Shown here: piece by piece, positions 49,226 through 59,631 of the stretch
How the letters are laid out: the number at the start of each line of letters is the position of its first letter
Position numbering within the stretch: position 1 is the first letter of the stretch
Origin: a virus
Lineage: Duplodnaviria > Caudoviricetes
Virus record (IMG/VR): IMGVR_UViG_3300048011_000285
Coordinates: 7,113-71,112 of that record
DNA length: 64,000 nt
Strand: one strand, 5' to 3'
Notes under the pieces: generated by a model
What the model saw: the letters and a program-made list of their open reading frames with translations, nothing else
The model's database searches: none
Told to the model about the DNA's origin: nothing
Position numbers and translations under genes: made by a program

Positions 49226-50420
49226 TGTAATCCTCTTTTATAAAATCCCATATTTCTGGGACGTAATCCTTAATATGTTGATTTCGAACTTTATCGATAA
49301 TCTTTGTATGTCTTGCTAAATGAATTGGATCTAATTCGTCTTCGTCTTCATATATTTTTTCTAATACAGGTAACACTTTATTTTTAATTTGTGTCCTAGA
49401 TAAGTCTTCATGAATATCCATATTCTCTATTAGTTTAATCATAACAGGTATACGCTTTTTTCGTATAATCTTTGGTATAGATTTACAACTTAATGCTTCT
49501 GGATACATCAGTAATTCAGGGCGAATATACACTCCTTTATTATTACTCCATACTATAGAATCAATAAGATTGAAAAAGTTGTATGCTTGTATAGTATAGC
49601 TTATTTCACCGTACAAAGCAAGGTTGTTATAAGCTATTATATTCTTATTTATTGATTTAAATTTTACTGGATGCCTGATGTATTCAACTACCTTATCAAT
49701 ACCATCAATACTGTAATTAAATGTTATTTGATTGAACTTAGAAATCTTTTCTATAAATCTTTTGTTATCATTTGTTAAGTTTGTAGTAAAGTGTATAGGA
49801 ACATTAAGCATGCCACGTTCAATGAGAATGTCAAGAAACTTATCTACTTCTGGCATAATAGTTGGTTCGCCACCAAGAAACTTAACTCGCTTGCCCTTCT
49901 CTGCATTCTCTAATAAGAACTCTATGTTCTCTTGTATGGCCAATGTATTTGTTGCATCGATATTACCAGCGCCCATAATAGATTCCATTATAGCGTTATT
50001 CTTTATCTCTTTTTGTAATTGAGAACTACAAGCAGGCCCACACATTCTACATGCTAGATTACACAAATTGCCCGGACGTATATCTAAATCAATAGGAGAA
50101 CCATACTGATTGCCATTATCTATATTAGGTAAGATATTTTCACCCTGGTATAATTTAGCAAATCTAATTCTATCGCTTGTTCCGCCACTATCTTCAAGTG
50201 AGAAGCATTTCACACAAATATCTGGGCGTTTGTTATTTAAGAATTCAGTTCTTATATTTCTTAGATGCTCATTTGTCCATCTAGTTTTCAAATTAGTTTC
50301 AGTATCTGGTGTTGCCACTGTGTGTTCTGTTGTCATACAGCATACACGTTCTCCCTCATTGCTATGTACATACATATGTACAAAGGGAGCATAACAGAAA
50401 TTATTAGGCAACTCAGACAA
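49209..50420 (-). CDS. Radical SAM protein with N-terminal Twitch domain
   Basis: FCYAPF..VCC..ICVKC; CNLACRMC; LGGEP. Confidence 0.9.
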   Translation of the reverse strand: MSELPNNFCYAPFVHMYVHSNEGERVCCMTTEHTVATPDTETNLKTRWTNEHLRNIRTEFLNNKRPDICVKCFSLEDSGGTSDRIRFAKLYQGENILPNIDNGNQYGSPIDLDIRPGNLCNLACRMCGPACSSQLQKEIKNNAIMESIMGAGNIDATNTLAIQENIEFLLENAEKGKRVKFLGGEPTIMPEVDKFLDILIERGMLNVPIHFTTNLTNDNKRFIEKISKFNQITFNYSIDGIDKVVEYIRHPVKFKSINKNIIAYNNLALYGEISYTIQAYNFFNLIDSIVWSNNKGVYIRPELLMYPEALSCKSIPKIIRKKRIPVMIKLIENMDIHEDLSRTQIKNKVLPVLEKIYEDEDELDPIHLARHTKIIDKVRNQHIKDYVPEIWDFIKEDYNDIRI

Positions 50421-51830
50421 TTATTTTCTCCCAATTACCATATATCTGTCATACTTTTCTAAGTTAAGTGTACCTTTGAAGATTATTTCTGAAAGATTTA
50501 GTTTTTCTACCCAATCTTTTTCACTTGAAATTATATTTACAACAGTTTCATCATCATGCTCTACAAAATTATTGTTTTGCATAATGACAAGAGTTCCTTT
50601 TGGGATGCTAGAGAACCATTCATCAAAATTTTTAATGTGTTCGCAACTAGTATTTATTACACATGTAGGAGCATCAATCTCATGTAGCGTTTCAGTTCGT
50701 TCAAATGTAGTGGCATCGCTGTACTTGTAATGATTGATTGGAAGAGTTTGTGTTTCATACTTTAATCCACGTACATCACTTACGAAACTCTTAAAGCGCA
50801 TACCGTCCATGATGTATTCTTTGTTTAGTGTGTCTGCTGGATTATCTGTGCTTGGGTCTATGTCGAAACTATATACGTGTTTGATATTTTTAACTCTTTC
50901 AAACAACAATGCGCTCAACACACCATACCAACCTGCACAAACATATACGTTTTCGCCCAAGTCAATTTCTAGTGCATTTACCATATCAACTAACCAAGCC
51001 TTTGAACGCAGTTGTCCACGTGAGAATGCATCAGTCAATGCTTGTCCTTCGAAACGATTAATCATTTTTTTCATGTTAGTTGGGATAAAGAATTTGTTAC
51101 CCGTAATAAAATCAACTGTTTCTGCTATTTTCGTTTTCATCAGTGTATTAGATTTAAGTAAAGCAATCTCTGCACAGTTTGGATTAATAGCTTGTAGTAC
51201 TTTGAACATCAAAAATAAATCAGGTTCTGCTTCAACTGCAATGATGTTCTTTAGCGCATCTAAGATTTCTTTTGTAGGGTCTGGCAATGAAGCTACTAAT
51301 CTGAATAAAAGCTCGGTCTGTAACATAACGAAACGATTAGTACCACATGCATTCTTCAACGCACTTAACACTTCACTTTCACCTAATGAATGTTCAATTA
51401 CATTGAATAGAACAAAGATGTTATCACGTGAGAAATCACCGTCACCACATGTGATGTTCTTTAGGTTATCAATAAAGTCTGTTTCATCTGGGTACAATCC
51501 GTGTAGTACTCTGAATACAAGATACAGCTTTTGTCTGTCTGGCTTATCTACTGCCATAAAGTTTCGTAGAGCATCTAGTGCATCTTCGTCTTGTGCAATT
51601 ACATTCAAGACTTTGAATAAAACAAATACATTATCGTCTTCTGTGCGTTCATACACAAGGTTCATTAGCGCACGAATTGTTTCACTGTATTCTCTGCCTA
51701 AGAGTACCTGTGCAAGTGTAAAGATACTACTAAGCTCTTCTGTATTAACTACACGCTCTAGTTCTTTTACATGAGGGTATGTTTCGCCATATAATAAACT
51801 TAGCCTGTCTGCGATTTGATATGGTTTCAT
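50421..51830 (-). CDS. Class I SAM-dependent methyltransferase-like protein with N-terminal helical repeats
   Basis: SKAWL, AGWYG, SFDID, INTSCEH; repeated LF.V/L...L..LKN units. Confidence 0.65.
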   Translation of the reverse strand: MKPYQIADRLSLLYGETYPHVKELERVVNTEELSSIFTLAQVLLGREYSETIRALMNLVYERTEDDNVFVLFKVLNVIAQDEDALDALRNFMAVDKPDRQKLYLVFRVLHGLYPDETDFIDNLKNITCGDGDFSRDNIFVLFNVIEHSLGESEVLSALKNACGTNRFVMLQTELLFRLVASLPDPTKEILDALKNIIAVEAEPDLFLMFKVLQAINPNCAEIALLKSNTLMKTKIAETVDFITGNKFFIPTNMKKMINRFEGQALTDAFSRGQLRSKAWLVDMVNALEIDLGENVYVCAGWYGVLSALLFERVKNIKHVYSFDIDPSTDNPADTLNKEYIMDGMRFKSFVSDVRGLKYETQTLPINHYKYSDATTFERTETLHEIDAPTCVINTSCEHIKNFDEWFSSIPKGTLVIMQNNNFVEHDDETVVNIISSEKDWVEKLNLSEIIFKGTLNLEKYDRYMVIGRK

Positions 51831-51831
51831 A

Positions 51832-52764
51832 TTATTTGTATCCTATCTTTAAGTAGTATTGTTTTTCACCGTATGTGATAACACCTGTATATAATTCAAA
51901 ACTCATAGGGAATTGTTTATTAAAGTTTTGTGAACTTGCAAAAGGTTTCGGCACATCACCTGTTTCACCAACTAACACAAGTCTACGCATGTCTGGAATC
52001 ATCCTGTACCAATCTTTATAGTTCTTCAAGTAACTAATATTAGTATTGATTAATGTTCCGGGTATCTCTACGAATGGATCGCTTAAATCGCCGTCCGGTA
52101 ATTGTGTGATAAATGTATGTTCATCATATCCTATATTAAATAAGTCTTGTGTCGTTGCTTTAAAGCGCCAATCTGCAAGTAGTTCCTTACTCATCATCTC
52201 ATCTGCTAAGAATTGACAGATACCATTAATATCAAATGAGCGAATATTCTCGAATCTAAGTCTAGTATCAAATAGCATTGCTGGAAGAATTCCCATGCCA
52301 CCACCAAGAACATAAATCGCGCCAAGATACTTTTCACCGAATGCATGTTGCATCTGTTGTGAAATCCAACTATACACTTTCGCATTTTCTTTGTTGACAA
52401 AAGATGAAATGTCAACGTTTGGGTATGAGTAAATGATTTCTTTTAGTCTGTCTGTTAGCTTATCATCAATTGGCGGAGTAATATGAGTCAAGAAGTCCAT
52501 TGCTTGTCGATAGTTACCTAGCTGTTGTGCAACATTCTCTTTTGAATATGTCACTGCCATATCTTGATAATTATACTCAAGTTTTGCTAACGGCTTTTCA
52601 CGTCTACGACTAACACGCTTGTAGTTGATTGTTTCAGTAATCTCTGGTTCTTCGTCCAGTTCTTCTTGTTCAATAAAATCCGTTACACCAACTTCATCAT
52701 ATAATTCGTCATTCTTTTTGATGTTTGCAGCCCTACGATTTCTTCGATCACGTATATTACTCAT
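51832..52764 (-). CDS. Class I SAM-dependent methyltransferase-like protein (paralog)
   Basis: VLGGGMG, IRSFDIN, RFKA, LINT. Confidence 0.6.
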   Translation of the reverse strand: MSNIRDRRNRRAANIKKNDELYDEVGVTDFIEQEELDEEPEITETINYKRVSRRREKPLAKLEYNYQDMAVTYSKENVAQQLGNYRQAMDFLTHITPPIDDKLTDRLKEIIYSYPNVDISSFVNKENAKVYSWISQQMQHAFGEKYLGAIYVLGGGMGILPAMLFDTRLRFENIRSFDINGICQFLADEMMSKELLADWRFKATTQDLFNIGYDEHTFITQLPDGDLSDPFVEIPGTLINTNISYLKNYKDWYRMIPDMRRLVLVGETGDVPKPFASSQNFNKQFPMSFELYTGVITYGEKQYYLKIGYK

Positions 52765-55700
52765 TGTTATCTTCCTTAAATTTTTCTTCTAGCCATGCAA
52801 AGTCGTTAATTTTTCCTAACATGTCATCATCATCTGCATGTTTAGTACCCCAAGCGCGTCCGGCATTAGCTCCTGCAATTGCGTATGTTCCGAACTCTCT
52901 ATCAGCTCCTTTAGTACACCATGCTTCTAAGCGTTCATCATCTTCGTCTTGCTTATTGCGATGAATAATACTAGATGCAAGTTTAGTACACTCACGGAAA
53001 GCAGACTTCCAAGTATTGAATGGGTCTGTATTAAACGCTGTATAGTTAGCTGGTGTTGGCATCGGCTTAAACTTCTCAGAGATAGATGTTGTAAAGTCAA
53101 TACGCCAATCTTTTGCATCACGCAATAGTTGTGTTGGGAATAGTTTTAATCCACCATACCCATAAATCAAATCATTAACTGGGTTCTTAGACTTCCAAGT
53201 GTGCACCGTGTCTTCATCCCATACGCTTGGGAAGTATTCAAAGTTGAACTCTTCTAACAGCAATGCATCAGCATCGATTACATAAAACATACGAGTGTCA
53301 GCTAAGTTTGCTGCGGCTTGGTGAGCATTGAAGATACCTTTAACTCCGTGTACACGCTTTGCATGTGGAACACGCTCTAATAGTTTAGCATAATGTTCGT
53401 CTGCCAGCTTCTCTTGATAGCTCAACATGATAACATCATATGGTATATCTCTTGTTGCTGCTTTGACTTTCTTAACTGGTTTCTTGTTCTTAAAGTTCAT
53501 CTTGCGTAACTTATCAGCATCGGGCTTCAATTCTTTAATAGCACTTGCAGGAATAAGTTTTAGACCACCGAACTGGTGAATATATCCCGTATAAGGACTT
53601 TCCTTAGGCCATAGATGAAAGTGTGACTTGTGGTGTCGGTCAACATAAAACGTTCTATCAAAGTCATCAATCATTTCTACGTCATTGTCCAATGCCCAGA
53701 AATATCCAGTCTTTGTCATCTTTGCTGCTTTTTGATATGCTGACGCAAGATCCTTTGCATCAATCACATCAATGTTTTTATGTTCTGTAAATTTAGCAGT
53801 ATTCTCTGCATACATACCTTCATCAAAATAGAATGCAGGGTGTCCTGTAACACGTGATGCTACTTGATCTACACGAATAATATTCTTAAATCTATCGAAT
53901 GAGAAATCTTCTTCATTGGGATTGAACTCTGCTAGATGCGGTCTATGTACAAGATATACTCCTGCGTCTGCTTCGCCTTCACTCTTAAACGCAAATACGT
54001 TTTCAATACTATGGATGTCTGGATAGTAGTCAAAATCAAATTCATCTACTAGTTCTACAACTGTATCTACAACCCAATAGAATACATGCTTCTTAGCTTG
54101 CGTATACGCTTTATATGGGTCACGTGTGTAATACTTTTTGATATTGTGCTTATCTGGGATACGTGCTACAACTTCATCATGATAGATAACATTCTCTGGA
54201 TGATAGTCTACGTTAGATAGAGCAAGTCCGCCATGTCCCAACTCTACTCCCTTGCGAGATGTAAACTTCCAAATATGAGTAGGGCCAGTGTCATACAAGT
54301 CTGGATAGAAATCATCAATCGTAGTATCTGTTAATTGTAAGTCCGGGTTAACCATCCAGAATATGTTAGATGTTGCAAGCGTAACTGCTTCTTCAACTGT
54401 ACGTGCTTCGATACGCTCTGGTGATGACAGATTGCCTACAATTTTATCTACGTCTTTCTGTTTCTCTATATCATATTTAATAGGAACCAAACGTACGCCA
54501 TTGCGTACTGTTTTGCCGCTCGGTAGTTCTACATTGAAGTTATGAACATATGTTCTATCGTATAATTGTGGGATATAATCTGTGACTTGATCAGATACAT
54601 CATTGTGTATCATCCATACCATTTCAGTATCACAATTCTTAACTCTATCTAGGTCTAATAAATCATTTACTATAACTATATCATAACGTTCTGGTTTAAC
54701 TGCGGTTGTCACTTGATATAATGCTTTACGTCTAAAGTCAAATCGTTGATACTTATATTCTTCAAACAAATTATAATCTTTTCTGAATAGGCCCAACCCG
54801 TGATATTCTAGTGCATTATCTTCCCAGTCAGTTTTTTGCCACACAACAATCTGTTGACGGTCTTCTTCTGTCATTGAGAATTCAAACTCGTAGTCAAAGT
54901 TAAAGTCTGTTACAGTTGTATCACTTGTAATTACATAGTAGTAATTGCACTTTGAATGCTTCTGTGCATACTCATGTAGTTCAGTAAGTGTTTTAGTTTC
55001 AAATGACTTAATACGTGGGAAACGATGTGACAAGTCAGCTAGATTGTTCTTACCAAAGCCACGATCCCAGAAGAAAATATCATAGTCTGGAACTGTTGCT
55101 GCAATTGTATCGTGGAACTTTAGATTGTATTCATCGTATTCACTCGCAACAAACACAACGCCTTTCTCAAATACGTGTGCGCTTGCCAAATCATATAAGT
55201 CTGGATAGAAATCAAACTTGTCGTTTAATTGGACTGCTGGATCAACAATGACAAAAGGGTAAGTTTTCAAATCATTCAGTCCGCCCTTCAACGTACTAGA
55301 TGAAACAATAGGAGTTTCTTTTAATGTGCCTATCACTTCGTCTGGATCTTTTTGCTTTTCTTCATCTGCGTTAACTGGTACAAGTCTAATACCGTTGCGC
55401 ACTTCTACGCCACGTGATGTTTTAACTTTAAAGTTGTGAATGAACTCACGGTCATACGAGAATGGATAATGTTCTAATGTGAAATCTTCAACGTCTTCGT
55501 GTACTAACCAATACATATCTGCGTCAACATCATGATCCAGCTTATGCATATCTTTTGTACGAATAACAGGAAACTCTAGGTCACGTGCAATAGGATCTTT
55601 CTCATACACTGCTTTACGTCTAAAGTTAAAGATAGCATATTCACGTTCTTTGAACATAGGCCCATCTTTTGGAAATAGACCCACACCATGATACTCTCTG

Positions 55701-56416
55701 ACTAGTTCTGTCTTTGGATTCTCTTTCTGCCACACAACAACTTTTTGATTTTCTTTATCAAGTCCAAACGCAAATGAATAGTCAAAGTCAAATGTATCAA
55801 AAATCTCTGTATTTGGATGCACTAGATAATAAAAATCAGTACGTGCTTCTTTACGACACAATTCATGCACATCGATATTAGTATCTCCGTGAACTAAGTT
55901 TATACCTGGAAAACGTTCTTTTAATTTTTTAAAGTTTGCTTTTCCATAATCTTTTTCCCAGTAAAATATATCATATGATTCTGTAGTTGGTTTATACTCT
56001 ACTTTATCAGTAGTATGTTCTTTAAAGTCACCAGTCAAGTAATATGCATCTTGTATATACTGGACTTCTTTATTCTTTACATCACTAGTTTTGAACAGTT
56101 TAACACCAACAACTGAACGAAAAACATTACGTTCTTCTGCATTCCAAACATGTACTACATTTTCGTCCCAACTATCGGTTTGAAAATCGAAATCGAAATC
56201 TTCATCGACACATACATCTGGATCAATAATCCAGAAGTGTTTTGTGTTTGCAATAGAGGCAATTTTACTAATTGCTTTATCAATCTTTGGATCACTCCAA
56301 TCCTCTAGATTGATTTTAACCATGCGAAAGTTAGGATATTTTTTATGTATCCTATCCAAACGTTCATTAGTTTCTCTATCTGATTTGTAAGTTAGATAAA
56401 AACCGTCGTATGCCAT
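52757..56416 (-). CDS. Giant protein of ~10 tandem glycosyltransferase(GT-A)-like modules
   Basis: Repeated W/Y-x-V-D...FDF.Y.P..D...H.W/F...G..L.P units; last unit has VIDAD. Confidence 0.7.
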   Translation of the reverse strand: MAYDGFYLTYKSDRETNERLDRIHKKYPNFRMVKINLEDWSDPKIDKAISKIASIANTKHFWIIDPDVCVDEDFDFDFQTDSWDENVVHVWNAEERNVFRSVVGVKLFKTSDVKNKEVQYIQDAYYLTGDFKEHTTDKVEYKPTTESYDIFYWEKDYGKANFKKLKERFPGINLVHGDTNIDVHELCRKEARTDFYYLVHPNTEIFDTFDFDYSFAFGLDKENQKVVVWQKENPKTELVREYHGVGLFPKDGPMFKEREYAIFNFRRKAVYEKDPIARDLEFPVIRTKDMHKLDHDVDADMYWLVHEDVEDFTLEHYPFSYDREFIHNFKVKTSRGVEVRNGIRLVPVNADEEKQKDPDEVIGTLKETPIVSSSTLKGGLNDLKTYPFVIVDPAVQLNDKFDFYPDLYDLASAHVFEKGVVFVASEYDEYNLKFHDTIAATVPDYDIFFWDRGFGKNNLADLSHRFPRIKSFETKTLTELHEYAQKHSKCNYYYVITSDTTVTDFNFDYEFEFSMTEEDRQQIVVWQKTDWEDNALEYHGLGLFRKDYNLFEEYKYQRFDFRRKALYQVTTAVKPERYDIVIVNDLLDLDRVKNCDTEMVWMIHNDVSDQVTDYIPQLYDRTYVHNFNVELPSGKTVRNGVRLVPIKYDIEKQKDVDKIVGNLSSPERIEARTVEEAVTLATSNIFWMVNPDLQLTDTTIDDFYPDLYDTGPTHIWKFTSRKGVELGHGGLALSNVDYHPENVIYHDEVVARIPDKHNIKKYYTRDPYKAYTQAKKHVFYWVVDTVVELVDEFDFDYYPDIHSIENVFAFKSEGEADAGVYLVHRPHLAEFNPNEEDFSFDRFKNIIRVDQVASRVTGHPAFYFDEGMYAENTAKFTEHKNIDVIDAKDLASAYQKAAKMTKTGYFWALDNDVEMIDDFDRTFYVDRHHKSHFHLWPKESPYTGYIHQFGGLKLIPASAIKELKPDADKLRKMNFKNKKPVKKVKAATRDIPYDVIMLSYQEKLADEHYAKLLERVPHAKRVHGVKGIFNAHQAAANLADTRMFYVIDADALLLEEFNFEYFPSVWDEDTVHTWKSKNPVNDLIYGYGGLKLFPTQLLRDAKDWRIDFTTSISEKFKPMPTPANYTAFNTDPFNTWKSAFRECTKLASSIIHRNKQDEDDERLEAWCTKGADREFGTYAIAGANAGRAWGTKHADDDDMLGKINDFAWLEEKFKEDNNE

Positions 56417-56443
56417 ACTTACCCTATAGTTATAATTTCTTAT

Positions 56444-56472
56444 ATTATAACAGATTAATCGTCTGTTGTAAA
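56444..56472 (-). promoter_or_regulatory. Sigma70-type promoter for the GT-repeat gene
   Basis: TTTACA-17-TATAAT on the minus strand. Confidence 0.55.
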
Positions 56473-57987
56473 GACTTTAATTCCATAATGTTTAGAAAAA
56501 TCTTCTGCATCTTTCAAGTCATTGACGATAGGTTGACCTTTAATGTTCAACGATGTATTTACTAAGATTGGACAACCAGTCTTTTCTTTGAACTTTGTTA
56601 GTAGTTCATGTAGTCCAGGATGCGTTTCTTTAGTTACAGTCTGCACACGTGACGTGCCGTCTTTGTGTATGATAGCAGGAAACTGTTCTGGATACTTGCA
56701 CTTGGCAACGAACTGCATATAGGGACTTGCAGTGATATTCTCTGGCATTTCAAAGTAATCATGCACGTCTTCTTCTAGTATCATAGGAGCAAACGGTCTG
56801 AACTTCTGTCTACGTTTGATTTCATTCATTCTGTCTTTGATAGTGTCGCCACGAGGATCAGCAGTTAAAGTACGATTGCCTAATGCTCTCGGACCAAACT
56901 CTGCACGTCCATTTGCGATACCAATGATATCACCGTTAAGTAACGCTTCTAGTGATTTCTCTACTGGATACGTACCTTCAATGTTATGACCTAGATATGC
57001 AGTCTCCCAGTTAATACGTTCTTTAAAGAACATCTGTGATGCACCAATACAACTACCAGCATCACCAGGGTTTGGCATGATCCATACATTATCATAGTTG
57101 TGAGTGATGTTGCTGTTAGCACTACAGTTAAGTGCGCAACCGCCCATAATAACCAAGTTCTTACTATCTACTTTTTCTTTAGCATCCTCAATAATAGCAG
57201 CAAGCATTTGCTCGTATACGTATTGTGTAGCTGCCGCTAAGTCAAACATATCTTGCTCAGTAGTTAGTTCTGGCAAGAACCATTTACAACCACGGTGTAA
57301 GTTCTTTTGAAAATTCACTAAGATATAATATTCTAAATTACTATTGTTTAAAATGATTTTAAATTCATCGTATATGTGTGCGATTAATGACTTGCCATTA
57401 ACACGTCTGTGTAAGTCGCCATAGGCTGCCATACCCATAAGGATATATTCGTCCTCTTGTGGCTTTAGGCCTAGACGTTGTGTCATTGCACTATAGAATA
57501 ATCCAACTGAGTTTGGGTAACCTTGACTATACTTTTGTGTTAAATCGTCACCTTTACCTTCCCATATTGTTAATGTCTCATACTCGCCCATACTATCAAT
57601 AACAACAACTGCTGCATCATCAAATCCACTAGTGAAATATCCACTTGCGGCATGCGTGTAGTGATGCTTTTGATATTTAATTTTGATGCCATCTAATTCT
57701 GTAAACTTCTTTAAATAGTTTACTGGCAGTTCATCTAAATCAAATGCTAATTCAAATTGACCAGCAGTGAATTGTCTAAACTTCTTTAGTATAGGCTTTT
57801 CGTACCAAGCAATAACATCTGGTTTTCCATATGACAAAGCCTCCTGAATAATTTCTGTATTCAGTAGTGGATCATTTTTAATCTTAGAATAGCGTTCACT
57901 ATGACTGGCGAAAAGAATTTCACCATCTTTAATAACGCTAACTGCCGCGTCATGATTCAGCGCGCCAGATATACCCAGTACAATCAT
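56455..57987 (-). CDS. Carbamoyltransferase (NodU/CmcH/TobZ family)
   Basis: HDAA, SERY, HHYTHA, MGMAAYG, GGCALN, GDAG, EFGPRALG.R, RPFAP, H.DGTSRVQ, NTSLN. Confidence 0.95.
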   Translation of the reverse strand: MIVLGISGALNHDAAVSVIKDGEILFASHSERYSKIKNDPLLNTEIIQEALSYGKPDVIAWYEKPILKKFRQFTAGQFELAFDLDELPVNYLKKFTELDGIKIKYQKHHYTHAASGYFTSGFDDAAVVVIDSMGEYETLTIWEGKGDDLTQKYSQGYPNSVGLFYSAMTQRLGLKPQEDEYILMGMAAYGDLHRRVNGKSLIAHIYDEFKIILNNSNLEYYILVNFQKNLHRGCKWFLPELTTEQDMFDLAAATQYVYEQMLAAIIEDAKEKVDSKNLVIMGGCALNCSANSNITHNYDNVWIMPNPGDAGSCIGASQMFFKERINWETAYLGHNIEGTYPVEKSLEALLNGDIIGIANGRAEFGPRALGNRTLTADPRGDTIKDRMNEIKRRQKFRPFAPMILEEDVHDYFEMPENITASPYMQFVAKCKYPEQFPAIIHKDGTSRVQTVTKETHPGLHELLTKFKEKTGCPILVNTSLNIKGQPIVNDLKDAEDFSKHYGIKVFTTDD

Positions 57988-57994
57988 TTAATTC

Positions 57995-58108
57995 TCACTT
58001 ATAGATAAACGGATCACGTTTACGTAATTCCTCTAAACGCTTTTTCAGTTCCTTGCGTCTTTTATACTCTGCCCAAGGCCAAGTAATAACTTCCCAAATC
58101 TTTCTCAT
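57995..58108 (-). CDS. Small carbamoyltransferase-associated protein (37 aa, ends RDPFIYK; not in ORF track)
   Basis: MRKIWEVITWPWAEYKRRKELKKRLEELRKRDPFIYK; TAATG-coupled to the upstream gene. Confidence 0.65.
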   Translation of the reverse strand: MRKIWEVITWPWAEYKRRKELKKRLEELRKRDPFIYK

Positions 58109-58839
58109 TATCCTTCTCCGTTTCTTGTTTTTTCAATGTCTTCAAATAGAATTGTAGACCAGTCTTCGTGTGCATCCTCATCTGGATGCATATAACGCTC
58201 ATCACCTTCTTGTTTAAAATACATTTGGTTCTCATGCATATATGTAAAGAAAGTCTGTTGTTCATAGATATGTGACATATCTAACTGTGTAAGAACATTA
58301 CCCATATCAGCTTGTTCGCATAATTCAGTAAACTTAGTTGGCTCTAATAGATTGGGAGTCAAGTTTAATGAATTAAAAATAATATACTCTAAACCAGCAT
58401 TCTTAAAGAAATTCTGTAGTGTAAGAATATGAATTAAGTATTGATGAAAATCATATACTGGTGACCAGAAATGTTTCATGTACAGTGTGTTAAACAAATC
58501 GATATCTCTGTTTGTTTGCTCGTCAAGCATAATATTACCGTGATACTCATGTGCAGGTACATTATGAATTAATGTATTTGTTGCTTCGATAAAGTGTTCG
58601 CGTCTACTTGGTGCAGTCATACCAATTGCGCAAAACGGCTTCTTACCTTCTGTTAGTAAGTCGCTTACTGTTGTAATAGTATTACGCACAATGTATTGAT
58701 TGCTAACTCCGCGTTGTGCCTCTGAGATCGTATCACTACGTTCAAAGCCTAGCTTCTCTGCTAGTTCAAAAGGCCATGCTTTATCTTTTAGTGCAAGTCC
58801 AGTCCCGTATGTAAAGCTACATCCATTTGCATATAACAT
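58108..58839 (-). CDS. SGNH/GDSL hydrolase-like protein
   Basis: NGCSFTYG (block I), GVSN, C-terminal HP...H. Confidence 0.7.
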   Translation of the reverse strand: MLYANGCSFTYGTGLALKDKAWPFELAEKLGFERSDTISEAQRGVSNQYIVRNTITTVSDLLTEGKKPFCAIGMTAPSRREHFIEATNTLIHNVPAHEYHGNIMLDEQTNRDIDLFNTLYMKHFWSPVYDFHQYLIHILTLQNFFKNAGLEYIIFNSLNLTPNLLEPTKFTELCEQADMGNVLTQLDMSHIYEQQTFFTYMHENQMYFKQEGDERYMHPDEDAHEDWSTILFEDIEKTRNGEG

Positions 58840-58859
58840 ATTATTATTCCTCTAATTTA

Positions 58860-59465
58860 CTACTTCTCATTATACTCGAAACAACCCAACAATGCAAGTC
58901 TTTGTTTTGTACCGATGTTTTCTACTTTATGTTCCCAATTACTATTAAGATACCAGACTTCGCCAGGTTGCATTAATTGCTTGACCACTCCGTTCTTTGT
59001 CTTCATATGCATAGTTTGTTCACCATCGACAACTACAGAAAATCTGTCTTTACCGGGTTGGTCAATATGATATGTTAAATCGTCATCCTTTTGAATTGTT
59101 GCATATCGTAATCTACATATTGCAGAATTTAACATATACGCAAGTTCTTCATATACTGAATTAAATTCCTCCCGTAATTGAATATAATTACTTTCAGTAT
59201 TCTCATCACTTGGCAACTTGTACTGAATATCATACTGGTTATAATTAACAACATCCCTGTCATCAACAGTGTTGACTTCTATAGGAAGTTGTGTTAATCT
59301 TAGTTGCTTTGCAGTATCCAATGACGGTGGTGTGTTTTTGAACTCTTTTCGTAATAGCTCAAGTGCCGATTCAGTTACGTTTCCATAATATCTAAATAAT
59401 GGATATTTCAATCTCTTTTTCACTATCATTTTTTGACTGTTATAATTTTGTATAATATTATTCAT
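58860..59465 (-). CDS. Asp/Asn beta-hydroxylase-like Fe/2OG oxygenase
   Basis: YHID, MQPGEVWYLN...HKVEN....R. Confidence 0.75.
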   Translation of the reverse strand: MNNIIQNYNSQKMIVKKRLKYPLFRYYGNVTESALELLRKEFKNTPPSLDTAKQLRLTQLPIEVNTVDDRDVVNYNQYDIQYKLPSDENTESNYIQLREEFNSVYEELAYMLNSAICRLRYATIQKDDDLTYHIDQPGKDRFSVVVDGEQTMHMKTKNGVVKQLMQPGEVWYLNSNWEHKVENIGTKQRLALLGCFEYNEK

Positions 59466-59631
59466 ATGTTCCTCATTAACTGCTAAGATAAATATATTTA
59501 TGCAATAAAAAATTATTACAAACAGTTTCCCAAAGAGGAAATATGTTTATTATGGCAGATCATTGAAATATTTTAAGATAAATAGAAGAGCTAAGAAATA
59601 ATTAACTATTTCATGAAAGTAGGAATTACAA

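Noticed and set aside
50734-51774. 346-aa ORF on + strand
   Set aside because: Fully antisense to the motif-bearing MTase-like gene, no RBS or motifs; typical shadow ORF
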